IMG/VR virus record: IMGVR_UViG_3300044692_000046
Location: 1 to 64,000 of that record
DNA length: 64,000 nt
Direction: 5' to 3' (one strand)
Source of the DNA: a virus
The notes under the pieces: model-generated
The model's database searches: none
Seen by the model: the letters and a program-made list of their open reading frames with translations, nothing else
What the model was told of the DNA's origin: nothing
Part shown: one piece after another, positions 17,802-26,450 of the stretch
How positions within the stretch are numbered: position 1 is the stretch's first letter
How the letters are laid out: each line of letters begins with the position of its first letter
Translations under genes and position numbers: made by a program

Positions 17802-18292
17802 ACGCCACGCTCACCTGGATCGAGACCGACCCCGGGCAGATCTGGCGCAGCCTCGACGGCCGGTACGCCATCATGGCCGTCACGCTCCCCGAGAACCCGC
17901 CTCACGTCGAATACCACGTCCGCAAGGTGGATCCGAACATGGCCGCCGCCTATCCGACCCGCGGCACGCTAGGTGTGCTGCTGGAGTCCACGCCATGGCT
18001 GTGGAACGACGAGAACAGTGTCCACTCGGCGCAGGCGATCGCGGAACGGGACGCTTGGAGCGACGCTCACTGGCGCAGCCGCAACGTCACCGAGGACTAC
18101 CCCGCCGAGGCAGTGAAGCCGTTCTACTGGCCCATCTCCAACGGCTGCATCAAGGGCGGCTTGGTCGTGGAGCGCGTGGACGGTCGGCTTGTCGCCCGAG
18201 TCGTTGGCATGGGTCGCCACGATGACGAGTACGAGCCTGGGACGTACGCCGAGATCGACCTGACCGAGTTGGTCGCGGGGGACGCGTCGTGA
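17798..18292 (+). CDS. Hypothetical protein
   Basis: Coupled ORF, GC3 bias. Confidence 0.7.
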   Translation: MNATLTWIETDPGQIWRSLDGRYAIMAVTLPENPPHVEYHVRKVDPNMAAAYPTRGTLGVLLESTPWLWNDENSVHSAQAIAERDAWSDAHWRSRNVTEDYPAEAVKPFYWPISNGCIKGGLVVERVDGRLVARVVGMGRHDDEYEPGTYAEIDLTELVAGDAS

Positions 18293-18432
18293 ACGCCACC
18301 TACGAGGAGCAGGAAGAGTTCCTGTGGCAGAGCCTCGTTGACTACCCGTGTGAGTGTGGCGCCGAGCCGGAGGAGCACACGATCGCGGAAGACGAGCGCG
18401 GCCGAGCCCACGTCTACTGCCCGACGCGTTGA
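18289..18432 (+). CDS. Small Cys/His protein
   Basis: MNATYEEQEEFLWQSLVDYPCECG...HVYC; GTGA overlap. Confidence 0.5.
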   Translation: MNATYEEQEEFLWQSLVDYPCECGAEPEEHTIAEDERGRAHVYCPTR

Positions 18433-18518
18433 CGGTGCTGGTGGCTGGTGTGGGATTCCGCCCCTCGGCATCTCACACCAGCACGCCAGGACCGCCAAGG
18501 CAGGCGGCCAGGAAGGGC

Positions 18519-18686
18519 ATGATGAGGTACAGCGACGTGACGGCGGAGCAGGCGGAGACCTGGCGTGACGAGGCGCTGGTCGACGCGGAGGCGGCGCGGC
18601 TGCGCGGCGAACCGGAGAAGGCCGTCGAGTTCGAGCGCCGCGCCGACCTGTGGGCCGACGGGGCAGTGAAGGCGACGGCATCGTGA
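18519..18686 (+). CDS. Small hypothetical protein
   Basis: GGAAGG RBS. Confidence 0.55.
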   Translation: MMRYSDVTAEQAETWRDEALVDAEAARLRGEPEKAVEFERRADLWADGAVKATAS

Positions 18687-18916
18687 GCACCGAGGACGAC
18701 GCCAACGAGGCGATCCGGGGCGTGATGGACCGGCTCAACCGCATCACCGACGCGGGGGACGCCTACGACAAGCAGATCGAACCGCAGTACCGGAAGCTCG
18801 ACGATGCCCGCACACACCGCTGGCGTCTGGACTACGACAAGGCCGTCAGGGTGGCGGGCGAGGTCGGCGCGGAGATCGAGGCGCTGGAGCGTGACCTGTT
18901 CGGGGCGACGCGGTGA
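18683..18916 (+). CDS. Hypothetical coiled-coil protein
   Basis: GTGA overlaps. Confidence 0.6.
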   Translation: MSTEDDANEAIRGVMDRLNRITDAGDAYDKQIEPQYRKLDDARTHRWRLDYDKAVRVAGEVGAEIEALERDLFGATR

Positions 18917-19113
18917 GCGCCTACGACAGCGATCCCCGGGTCACGAGGGTCAGCGACGACCGCTACGACCTGCCCTCACCCGAGGGTTGGCATGTGGACA
19001 TCCACCCCAGCGGCTCCGCCTTCGTGTGGGCCGACGACTACGGCACCGCGAACGGAACCTGGTACGACACGGCGGATCAGGCGATCTGCTCGGTGATCGG
19101 GGCGCCGCAGTGA
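18913..19113 (+). CDS. Hypothetical protein (MSAY...DPRV type)
   Basis: GTGA overlaps. Confidence 0.6.
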   Translation: MSAYDSDPRVTRVSDDRYDLPSPEGWHVDIHPSGSAFVWADDYGTANGTWYDTADQAICSVIGAPQ

Positions 19114-19328
19114 GCGCCTACGCCGATGTGCTGGCTGACCCGCGTGTGGCCCAGTGCAGCGACGTCGAGTTCTGGGTGTCCATGCCCGACGGCGTGTGGA
19201 AGGTGCGGTCGGAGAACTGGAGCTGGCGCGCCCACCCGCCGGCGTCCAGTGGTCGTACGGGCTACTGTCTGGCGTCGCTGGAAGCCGTCATCAACGACGT
19301 GTTGACGTGGCCGGAGGGTCCTCGGTAG
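19110..19328 (+). CDS. Hypothetical protein (MSAY...DPRV type)
   Basis: Same 13-nt start GTGAGCGCCTACG as preceding gene. Confidence 0.6.
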   Translation: MSAYADVLADPRVAQCSDVEFWVSMPDGVWKVRSENWSWRAHPPASSGRTGYCLASLEAVINDVLTWPEGPR

Positions 19329-19382
19329 ACGACGCTGCCCAGCCGGTGACAGGACACGGCTGGGCAGCAAGGAAGCGGGCGG

Positions 19383-19595
19383 CTACTCGGTTTTGGCGGG
19401 TGGCCGCTTCGGCATCTTGGCGCCAGGCTTGCGGAGCCACCATTCGAGGAACTGGCTTACGAGGTCGCCCATGCTGGTCTTCGGGGGCAGGGCGTCGTGA
19501 ACCTCGTCCAACACGTCCTTGTCCACGCGGATCGACGTGCTCAGCTTGGGGCCGCCTTCGCGCGGGGGCCGGCCGCGACCTCGATGCTCCGTCAT
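19383..19595 (-). CDS. Ribbon-helix-helix-like regulator
   Basis: RGRPP...STSIRVDKDVLDEV...MGDLVSQFLEWW; divergent from small-gene array. Confidence 0.65.
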   Translation of the reverse strand: MTEHRGRGRPPREGGPKLSTSIRVDKDVLDEVHDALPPKTSMGDLVSQFLEWWLRKPGAKMPKRPPAKTE

Positions 19596-19694
19596 GCGGT
19601 TAAAGGTACCACAACTAATCTTCGGATAGCCCTTGCGATCATGGATAGAGGCGAGCAATAATTGGGGTACATCAAAGAGAGATCGGAGCAGGTC

Positions 19695-19922
19695 ATGAGC
19701 ACCGACTACCACATCGTCACCCCAGCGCAGAAGGTTGGCGACAGGGTCCGTTGGAACAACATCGTCTTCGATCCCGACCTGGAGTACTTCAAGACCGGCG
19801 AGCCGGCCACCGGCGTGATCACGCAGATCCTCGACAGCTTCACCGTGGCCGTCCGGCCGGACAGCGACTCGGGGTACGTCGACGACATCGAGCTCGACGC
19901 GGACGCCGTCGAGCCCGCCTGA
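19695..19922 (+). CDS. Small beta-barrel (SH3/KOW-like) protein
   Basis: KVGDRVRW...GVITQI...VAVRPD. Confidence 0.65.
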   Translation: MSTDYHIVTPAQKVGDRVRWNNIVFDPDLEYFKTGEPATGVITQILDSFTVAVRPDSDSGYVDDIELDADAVEPA

Positions 19923-20001
19923 CCGCCCCTACTCGTCCCGGCACCGGAGACCTCCAGGACTGGCGCCGGGACCCCGAACCGAGAAGCGAGGGAACGAACC
20001 G

Positions 20002-20313
20002 ATGAGCAAGCAGACTCTCCCCGAGTGGCAGGCCCAGCAGTTGGAGAACTGCACTGAGAAGATCGCCAAGAGCCTGACCGACCTTGCTGAGCGGATCAAG
20101 CAGCAGGGTTCCGAGTTCTCGTGGCTGGCGGTCGGCAAGGCGCACCAGACCCGTACCGCCACGAAGATCGCGGCGGACATCGTGAACAGCTTCACTCAGG
20201 ACACCGGCCAGATCGGCGCGAGGCTGTGGACGCTGATCACCGACGCGGGCGAGCTGGACGCGGAGATGCAGCGGAACGGCACGCAGTCGCCCGACGCCGC
20301 GACCCGCCCCTGA
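20002..20313 (+). CDS. Hypothetical protein
   Basis: RBS, GC3 bias. Confidence 0.65.
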   Translation: MSKQTLPEWQAQQLENCTEKIAKSLTDLAERIKQQGSEFSWLAVGKAHQTRTATKIAADIVNSFTQDTGQIGARLWTLITDAGELDAEMQRNGTQSPDAATRP

Positions 20314-20380
20314 TCGTCCCGGTGTTCGGGTACCCCCGTTGCCCGACACCGGGGCCTACAACCCGAAGGAGAACAGGAAG

Positions 20381-20581
20381 ATGAGCGACATCCAGCCGGG
20401 CCAGATCTTCAACCACTACGACGGCCTCGGCGCCTGCACGCGCTCCGTGCTGATCGTTGATGTCACCGACGGGCGTGCCCGTTGCACCGTGGTCTCGGAC
20501 CGCGACGACCGCATGGTCAACGTGGAGCTGACGATCAGCGTTGGGCGGCTCTCTCAGTTCGACTGGTGCCAGGTGGCGTAG
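20381..20581 (+). CDS. Hypothetical protein
   Basis: AAGGAG RBS; IQPGQIF SH3-like start. Confidence 0.6.
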   Translation: MSDIQPGQIFNHYDGLGACTRSVLIVDVTDGRARCTVVSDRDDRMVNVELTISVGRLSQFDWCQVA

Positions 20582-20676
20582 CGCTCTCCGCCTGCCGGAC
20601 ACCGATGTTGGGTGTACGCCGCGAACGCACCGGCAGGTACCACTAGATCGAGACGACAACCGGAGAGGACAGCACG

Positions 20677-20904
20677 ATGCAGTACTACGCGAGCGAGAAG
20701 GACGCGCAGGCCATGGACGAGCTGGTCCGGCTGGCGCAGCAGATCGAGGGTCGGGCGGTGGGGGCGCGGGCCTGCGCCCACGAGGCCGCAGTGCTGCCGC
20801 CGGGGACCGCCCGCGACTCCGCTCAGGCCGACTACGACAGCCACCTGACCTGGGTGCGCAAGCTGGTCGAGGATCTGCACGCCGCCGCCAAGAACCTGCC
20901 GTAG
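20677..20904 (+). CDS. Hypothetical protein
   Basis: GAGGA RBS. Confidence 0.6.
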   Translation: MQYYASEKDAQAMDELVRLAQQIEGRAVGARACAHEAAVLPPGTARDSAQADYDSHLTWVRKLVEDLHAAAKNLP

Positions 20905-20934
20905 CGAGACGAGACGAGCGAAGGGAACGAGACG

Positions 20935-21231
20935 ATGGATCTGAAGCCGACTGCGAACCGCCTCGCGCTGCTGCGCGCCGCCGCCGAGGAGAAGTCCAGG
21001 GTGTACCGCTGCCGCGACTTCGACTCCGGCGAGGTGGTGGCCTACCTGGAGCGCCCCGACCAGGGCGAGTTGATGGTGACGGCGCGGGTGGACGAGCAGG
21101 TGAAGGCGGGCTGGCTGCGGTCGGGCGCACCGACTGGGCCGAGCTGGTATGCCCGGCGGCCGATGCTGGTGACCGATGCTGGTCGCGCGGTGTTAGCCGC
21201 CACCGAGCCCATCTCCGAGAGCAGCGAGTGA
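20935..21231 (+). CDS. Hypothetical winged-helix-like protein
   Basis: KAGWL...VTDAGRAVL pattern. Confidence 0.6.
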   Translation: MDLKPTANRLALLRAAAEEKSRVYRCRDFDSGEVVAYLERPDQGELMVTARVDEQVKAGWLRSGAPTGPSWYARRPMLVTDAGRAVLAATEPISESSE

Positions 21232-21234
21232 GGG

Positions 21235-21483
21235 GTGGACGTGATGGCCAGTACCGCGACGCAGCAGATGCCCGAGGAGGACTACCAGCGGCTCCTCGTC
21301 GCCGCCCGGAACCTCGGGAAGACCGACCCGGACCTCGACGGCCGTGGCATGTTCGTGGCGCTCGGCCTGCTGCCGGACGACCACACCGGCGGGTTCCTGG
21401 TGCACGTGGTCGAGCAGGTGGGCAGCGGCAAGCGGGCGTTCGCGATCCGGCGGGCGTTCCTGAGCGAGACGGGGTGGGTCTGA
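21235..21483 (+). CDS. Hypothetical protein
   Basis: Packed operon ORF. Confidence 0.55.
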   Translation: MDVMASTATQQMPEEDYQRLLVAARNLGKTDPDLDGRGMFVALGLLPDDHTGGFLVHVVEQVGSGKRAFAIRRAFLSETGWV

Positions 21484-21629
21484 TGGCCAGCAACCCGAAG
21501 ACCGCGGACCGCCGGTACCGCACCTCCGCTGAGCACCGCGCGGTGCACGTGGAGCTGTCGGGTGCCCGGTTCGGCAAGGAGCCCCGGGACGTGTTCCGGC
21601 GCGACGCACCTACCAGGGTGTTCGCGTGA
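21483..21629 (+). CDS. Small basic protein
   Basis: TGATG overlap. Confidence 0.45.
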   Translation: MASNPKTADRRYRTSAEHRAVHVELSGARFGKEPRDVFRRDAPTRVFA

Positions 21630-21661
21630 ACGAGCAGAGCAGGTAGAGGAGAGCAGGAGAG

Positions 21662-21961
21662 ATGAGCGAGCAGAACCGGGTACCGTGGTCGGACGCGATG
21701 GCCCGCGCCATCGACGATTCGGTCGCTCTTCCGGAGGTCCGAGAGCGGCTGCGGCTGGCCCGCAAGGATGCCGCCCAGGGAGCGGGCGGCCTGGACGACC
21801 TGTACGCCGGGGCGATCGACATCCTCAACCGGTGGGAGGAGGCGCACTCGATCCGCGCCACCGAGCCGTGGCGGGCCGACATCATCCTCAACGACTACCG
21901 GCCGGTCCGCCCGTACGCCGTGAATCTGGGGTCCTGGATTCAGGCAGCCGAGGAGGGCTGA
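21662..21961 (+). CDS. Hypothetical protein
   Basis: AGGAG RBS. Confidence 0.65.
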   Translation: MSEQNRVPWSDAMARAIDDSVALPEVRERLRLARKDAAQGAGGLDDLYAGAIDILNRWEEAHSIRATEPWRADIILNDYRPVRPYAVNLGSWIQAAEEG

Positions 21962-21962
21962 G

Positions 21963-22214
21963 GTGGCTTCTCTGACTCCCGCCCAGCGGCGTGTACTGGA
22001 AGCCGCCCGCGATGGCCGACTCGGCTACATGCAGATCGGCAACGACTACTACCTGACCGATCCCGACAGCGACGAGCTGCACAGCGTGAGCCCGGTCGCC
22101 CGCCGCCAGTTCGCAGCCGGGCTGATCGAACGCGTCGAGTACCACATGCACGGGCGGTTCGTCATGGGCCTGACCCCCGCTGGCCGTTCCGAGTTGGGCA
22201 TCGAGGAGGACTGA
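21963..22214 (+). CDS. Hypothetical winged-helix-like protein
   Basis: LTPAQRRVL...AGLIE...LTPAGR. Confidence 0.65.
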   Translation: MASLTPAQRRVLEAARDGRLGYMQIGNDYYLTDPDSDELHSVSPVARRQFAAGLIERVEYHMHGRFVMGLTPAGRSELGIEED

Positions 22215-22217
22215 GAG

Positions 22218-22529
22218 ATGACCTGGCGTACCCCGGCAGCGCTCGCCCATCTGATGGACACCCGAGACGAGATCCTGAACGCTCTGCTGCTGGCCATGGT
22301 GGAGCGACCCGACCGGCAGGAGACCACTCCGAGCGGCGAGCTGGGCTGGGTGGTGTTCGAGCGGGAGACCTTGCGAGACGCCGTGAACAAGCACCGCACC
22401 GGGAGCCGAGGGCCGGTCACCTTGACGGACATCGAGGCGCTGGAGTCGCAGGCGGCCGGGCACGTGGACTACGCGGAGAAACTGGCCTACTCCTGCGCCC
22501 GACTGGCGCTCGGATACGAGGAGGACTGA
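22218..22529 (+). CDS. Hypothetical protein
   Basis: GAGGAGG RBS; AAGHVDYAEKLA. Confidence 0.7.
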   Translation: MTWRTPAALAHLMDTRDEILNALLLAMVERPDRQETTPSGELGWVVFERETLRDAVNKHRTGSRGPVTLTDIEALESQAAGHVDYAEKLAYSCARLALGYEED

Positions 22530-22532
22530 CCG

Positions 22533-22754
22533 ATGGCTTCGACCCGTATCCCCCGCTCCGAGGTGCTGTGGCGCGGGCTTCCGGGCGGCAACGTTAGGCA
22601 CGCCGTTGTCGCCGCCGAGCCGCCGAACCTGCGTACGTTGTGCCCGCCGATCGCCTACGCGCCACGCGGCTGGTGGACGGACTTCCGCACCGACCCGGAG
22701 TGCGCCGCTTGCGCCCGCCGTGTCGAGCCCGCACCGAACACCAAGGAAGGCTGA
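22533..22754 (+). CDS. HC3-type zinc-finger protein
   Basis: VRH...TLC...CAAC; paralogue at 26451. Confidence 0.6.
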   Translation: MASTRIPRSEVLWRGLPGGNVRHAVVAAEPPNLRTLCPPIAYAPRGWWTDFRTDPECAACARRVEPAPNTKEG

Positions 22755-22757
22755 ACG

Positions 22758-22997
22758 ATGAGCGACTGGATGCGTCTCGCCGGCAAGAACCGGACCAACT
22801 GGCAGAAGGTTGGCTCGGGCATGGTGGCGCACGTCACCCGCATCGATACCGGCTCGTCTTGGGAAGTGGTGGTCATGAACCCGACGACCGGCGATGTGAT
22901 CGTGCGAGCCGATGGTGTCGCACGGAACGGTGAAGCCGCGAAGCGCGAAGCCGACGCATGGATAAACCGATACCTCACTGACGAGTGGGAGAACTGA
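22758..22997 (+). CDS. Hypothetical protein
   Basis: RBS in previous gene end. Confidence 0.65.
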   Translation: MSDWMRLAGKNRTNWQKVGSGMVAHVTRIDTGSSWEVVVMNPTTGDVIVRADGVARNGEAAKREADAWINRYLTDEWEN

Positions 22998-22998
22998 G

Positions 22999-23253
22999 AT
23001 GGCAACGATCGACCAATCGTCGTGCCCGAAGTGCGGCGCCGGACCGGGCACGCTCACCCTGTCGAAGGGGATGCAGGCGCTGCCGATCGGCACGTGGTCG
23101 CTGGCCGGCGTGCAGTTGAAGACGTCCGCGATTGAGGTGCCGGTGGTGGACTGCTCGGCGTGCGGTCTGCACGTGGTCGGCTCGTACGACCCGGATGGGC
23201 GGCACGTCACGTTCCCGAACCCCGACGAGCCCGCACTGAACGAGGAGAACTGA
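22999..23253 (+). CDS. Zinc-ribbon protein
   Basis: CPKC...CSAC. Confidence 0.65.
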   Translation: MATIDQSSCPKCGAGPGTLTLSKGMQALPIGTWSLAGVQLKTSAIEVPVVDCSACGLHVVGSYDPDGRHVTFPNPDEPALNEEN

Positions 23254-23256
23254 GCG

Positions 23257-23511
23257 ATGGCAACGATCGAGCGTCCACTACCTGTCGGCACCCCCGTGCA
23301 CCACAGCAACCAGATCTGGTCCGCTGCCGCCCACGTCGCCACCGGCGTCATCGAGGCCGTAAAGGGTCCCTACTACGACGGCTCTTTCGAGTACCAGGTA
23401 CTCACCGGCGAGGACTTCGGCCGCCGCCCCGGCCCGGACAACCCGCAGACCCGCACCACCTGGTGGTCGTCGCTGGCCACCATCCCCGTCGGGGAGGACC
23501 GCGATGTCTGA
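23257..23511 (+). CDS. Hypothetical protein
   Basis: GAGGAG RBS; LPVGTPV SH3-like start. Confidence 0.65.
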   Translation: MATIERPLPVGTPVHHSNQIWSAAAHVATGVIEAVKGPYYDGSFEYQVLTGEDFGRRPGPDNPQTRTTWWSSLATIPVGEDRDV

Positions 23512-23785
23512 CCTTTCTCCCGCCACGCGAGCCGCCGCGGACGCCCTCCAGCGCCACGCCTCCCGCAACGGCTACCCGCTGATCGGTGACGCTGAGGCGC
23601 TCGCCTGCGCGGCGATGCTGGCCGCCGGGCCGATCGTGGAGGCCGAACTGGCGGAGAAGATCGCGCTGGCTATCGAGGAGCGTTGCAAGGACATGCGGCA
23701 CGCCTGGTCCACCGGCTCGGGTGCCTACGTGTGCATGGTCTGCGCATCGCACGCCACTCTCGCCCGCCAGCACGCCACCACCTGA
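23504..23785 (+). CDS. Hypothetical protein
   Basis: GGAGG RBS; CMVC. Confidence 0.55.
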   Translation: MSDLSPATRAAADALQRHASRNGYPLIGDAEALACAAMLAAGPIVEAELAEKIALAIEERCKDMRHAWSTGSGAYVCMVCASHATLARQHATT

Positions 23786-23818
23786 CCCAACCAACAACCC
23801 GAGGGGGGATCGAGCACC

Positions 23819-24196
23819 ATGGCAGGGCAGTACGCCACCAGCACGAAAGTCGGCTCCGACCGCAGCATCGCGGAGATCGAGCGGACCCTGATGCGCTACG
23901 GCGCCCGTGGCTTCATGTACGGCCGGGACGAGGATCGGGGCGCGGCGGTGATCGCGTTCAAGGCCAACGACCGGCAGGTGCGGTTCGTGCTGCCGCTGCC
24001 CGACATCCGCCGAGTCGGCCCGGAGGGCATCCTGCCGAACGGCGGCGCGGTGTACTCGCTGTGCGAACCGGACTGGTGGACGCACGGCTGGGATATCCCC
24101 GGCCTACACCCGTCCGTCGAGGAGAACAAGCGGCAGGGCGACCAGCTCTGCCGAGCCTGCGTCTCCGCCTTCGACGCCGCGGTGAGCCGTTCCTGA
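23819..24196 (+). CDS. Conserved-looking phage protein N-terminus with unrelated C-terminus (possible chimera)
   Basis: YATSTKV..RSIAEIERTLMRYGA..F...VRFVLPLP then abrupt change. Confidence 0.55.
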   Translation: MAGQYATSTKVGSDRSIAEIERTLMRYGARGFMYGRDEDRGAAVIAFKANDRQVRFVLPLPDIRRVGPEGILPNGGAVYSLCEPDWWTHGWDIPGLHPSVEENKRQGDQLCRACVSAFDAAVSRS

Positions 24197-24277
24197 AGCT
24201 TCCGGGTCGGCTCGTGGACGCAATCCAGGGCCGGGCCGGTGGCTGCCAGATCGGCGCCAGGAAGGACAGAGACCGAG

Positions 24278-24748
24278 ATGAGCGAGACGAACACGGTGCC
24301 GGCGAACAGGGTGCTGCTGGCGGTGCTGGAGAACAAGCCAGCGGACGGCGTGCTGGCCGTGGCCCGGCTGATGCGCGAGCGGGCGGAGGCGGCCACGCAG
24401 GGCACCTGGGGGCTGGGGTTCGGCACGGACATCGTGTCGGGCATCACCCGGACCGGCCGGGCGTCGTACAGCTGCGACCACCACGTGGCGCGGGTGGTCG
24501 AGGATGACGACCGCTTCTCCGGGGACAACGTTCACAACGAGGCGGATTCCGAGGACGACGCCGTGCACATCGCCACCATGGCCAACCCGGCGGTGGCGCT
24601 GGCACTGGCCGACTGGCTGGAGGGCTCAGCGAACCAGATCCGCCACCTCGGGCCGGCGGCCGTATCGCAGCTCCACGACAGGTACGGGCCGGGCGCGGCG
24701 GTCGCGGTGGCCCGCGCCTACCTGACGGCCGACGTCGAGGAGGACTGA
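24278..24748 (+). CDS. Ead/Ea22-like protein
   Basis: AEAATQGTW...DAVHIATMANPAVALALADWL. Confidence 0.6.
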   Translation: MSETNTVPANRVLLAVLENKPADGVLAVARLMRERAEAATQGTWGLGFGTDIVSGITRTGRASYSCDHHVARVVEDDDRFSGDNVHNEADSEDDAVHIATMANPAVALALADWLEGSANQIRHLGPAAVSQLHDRYGPGAAVAVARAYLTADVEED

Positions 24749-24749
24749 G

Positions 24750-25001
24750 ATGAGCGACAACCGACCGAACCTCGCGGACACGGTGCCCGAGCCGGAGGAC
24801 GGCACCGTGCTGGTGCTCGAAAACGACTTCCGGGAGTTCACGCCGATCATCCGCGACGACGAAGCCGCATCCGACGCTGGCTACGACCCGAAGGCGCGCT
24901 GGTTCATCGCCACGGACAACCCGGAGGAGGCGGAGACGTGGAGGGAGATCGTGATGGGTTCGATCCGACTCCACTCGCTCACGGAGATCGCTAAGGTGTG
25001 A
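24750..25001 (+). CDS. Hypothetical protein
   Basis: GAGGAGG RBS. Confidence 0.65.
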   Translation: MSDNRPNLADTVPEPEDGTVLVLENDFREFTPIIRDDEAASDAGYDPKARWFIATDNPEEAETWREIVMGSIRLHSLTEIAKV

Positions 25002-25004
25002 CCC

Positions 25005-25244
25005 GTGCTGACCGAACTGATCCCCGACGAGCTGCGCGACCCGCAGCGACTGTTCACGCTGGGCGAGTTCTGCGACCTGAACCGGCCGCCGTGCCCGACC
25101 TGCGGGAAGCCTGTCGAGTACACGCCGAGGCGCCCGGTTGGCTTGCCGGACACGGAGGTGGCTCGGCAGCAGCGGGTGGTGGCGGTTGGCTGTGCCGTGT
25201 GCAAGGTGCACGAGCCGTTTCCGTGGCAGGAACAGCCTGCCTGA
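25005..25244 (+). CDS. Zinc-ribbon protein
   Basis: CPTC...CAVC. Confidence 0.55.
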   Translation: MLTELIPDELRDPQRLFTLGEFCDLNRPPCPTCGKPVEYTPRRPVGLPDTEVARQQRVVAVGCAVCKVHEPFPWQEQPA

Positions 25245-25260
25245 GCCTGGACACGATGAT

Positions 25261-25294
25261 GCGCCCCCGCCTCCAATCTGGAGGACGGGGGCGC
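25261..25294. terminator. Hairpin between convergent genes
   Basis: GCGCCCCCG-CCTCCA/TGGAGG-CGGGGGCGC. Confidence 0.6.
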
Positions 25295-25295
25295 T

Positions 25296-25526
25296 CTACT
25301 GTCTCCGCTCTACCCACTCCGCGGCGGCGATCGGGTCGATGGTCTGGACCGTCTCGGTGGCCCGGCCTCCCCGGATGATGGCGGCGTGCCAGCGGCGGGA
25401 GGCCCGCTCCTGCGGTAGCTCGGTGACCCGCCCACGCCAGTCGGCGCCGTCGCGCTGGTAGATGGCGGTGCGGCCCTCGATGGTCCAGCCGGGGCGGGTG
25501 GCGAGGGTGGACAGGTTATGGGGCAT
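25296..25526 (-). CDS. Hypothetical protein
   Basis: MPHNLSTLATRPGW...; divergent from kinase operon. Confidence 0.5.
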   Translation of the reverse strand: MPHNLSTLATRPGWTIEGRTAIYQRDGADWRGRVTELPQERASRRWHAAIIRGGRATETVQTIDPIAAAEWVERRQ

Positions 25527-25585
25527 GGGGACATCGCAGCACGCTCGAGGCGCATTCACAGCCCGAACGCCCGGACTGTCGACGG

Positions 25586-25616
25586 CTCTACAGGTTGAGG
25601 TGTAGAGTGGTCTACA
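25586..25616 (+). promoter_or_regulatory. Operator/promoter of kinase operon
   Basis: Palindrome TGTAGA-N4-TCTACA (25601-25616) overlapping TAGAGT -10 and ATG; third half-site TCTACA 25587. Confidence 0.55.
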
Positions 25617-26062
25617 TGAGGACAACGGCTCGAGCCATCGGCAGCCAGCAGCGCGCAGCCCTAGCCGCCGAGTACCACCACGACGCGGCCGGCGCGCAGG
25701 AGTACGACAGCCTCGAGTACCTCGCCGCCGGCTCCCAGCGCACCGTCTACCTCGACCACCACGCCGGCATCGTCTACAAGCTCGGCGACGACTCCGCGAA
25801 CCGCCGCGAGGTGCGCGTCCTCGCCGAGCTGCGCGCTCGAGGTGTCACCCACGCCCCCGAGGCGACCCTGTACGAGGTCACGCTGACCGACCAGTGGGGC
25901 GACACGATGACCTGCACCGTCGTGGCCATGCCCTACCTGCCCGACGACGGATCGATGCCCCGGCCCTACCCGCTGCTCGAGGGTGCAGCCGACCTCAACC
26001 CGTACGGCAACGTCCACGCCCACGGCGGCCAACTCTGGCTGATCGACGCAGGCGGACTGTGA
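25616..26062 (+). CDS. Minimal protein-kinase-like-fold protein (148 aa)
   Basis: YLAAGSQRTVY, IVYK, NRRE, VAMPYL, ADLNPYGNV, LWLIDAG in canonical order. Confidence 0.7.
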   Translation: MRTTARAIGSQQRAALAAEYHHDAAGAQEYDSLEYLAAGSQRTVYLDHHAGIVYKLGDDSANRREVRVLAELRARGVTHAPEATLYEVTLTDQWGDTMTCTVVAMPYLPDDGSMPRPYPLLEGAADLNPYGNVHAHGGQLWLIDAGGL

Positions 26063-26070
26063 GGAGACCG

Positions 26071-26436
26071 ATGACCACCATCACCCAGCGGCACGAGATC
26101 GAGGCGTGGCTCGGCGACGACCACGACCTCACCGACGAGCAGGTCACAGAACTTGTCCGGCAGGCCGAGGACATCAGCGAACGCTACCCAGACCACTCGG
26201 ACTACGACGTGCGGGAAGCCGCGCTGATCGCCGCTTGCCGTGTCCTGTCCGGCGACGACCCAGTGGCGGAGCTGAGCGGCGCGCTGACTCGAGCGCGGCT
26301 CGCCGAGATGCGCGCACTGGCGGGGCTGCGACAGGCTGCGGTGATGGCCGTGGCTGCTGGCGAGTCCGAGGCTGGCTTCGCCCGGCGGGCCGGCATCGAC
26401 CGGATGGCCGTGCGCAACTGGCTCGGCAAGCGCTAA
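26071..26436 (+). CDS. Protein with C-terminal HTH
   Basis: GESEAGFARRAGIDRMAVRNWLGK; GAGGAG RBS. Confidence 0.75.
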   Translation: MTTITQRHEIEAWLGDDHDLTDEQVTELVRQAEDISERYPDHSDYDVREAALIAACRVLSGDDPVAELSGALTRARLAEMRALAGLRQAAVMAVAAGESEAGFARRAGIDRMAVRNWLGKR

Positions 26437-26450
26437 GGAAAGGAACTACC

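Noticed and set aside
19923-20676. Integron attC-like palindromes between small genes
   Set aside because: Only three dissimilar hairpins, no RYYYAAC/GTTRRRY boxes, and the integrase lacks a visible IntI insertion; better explained as mRNA-stabilising stems
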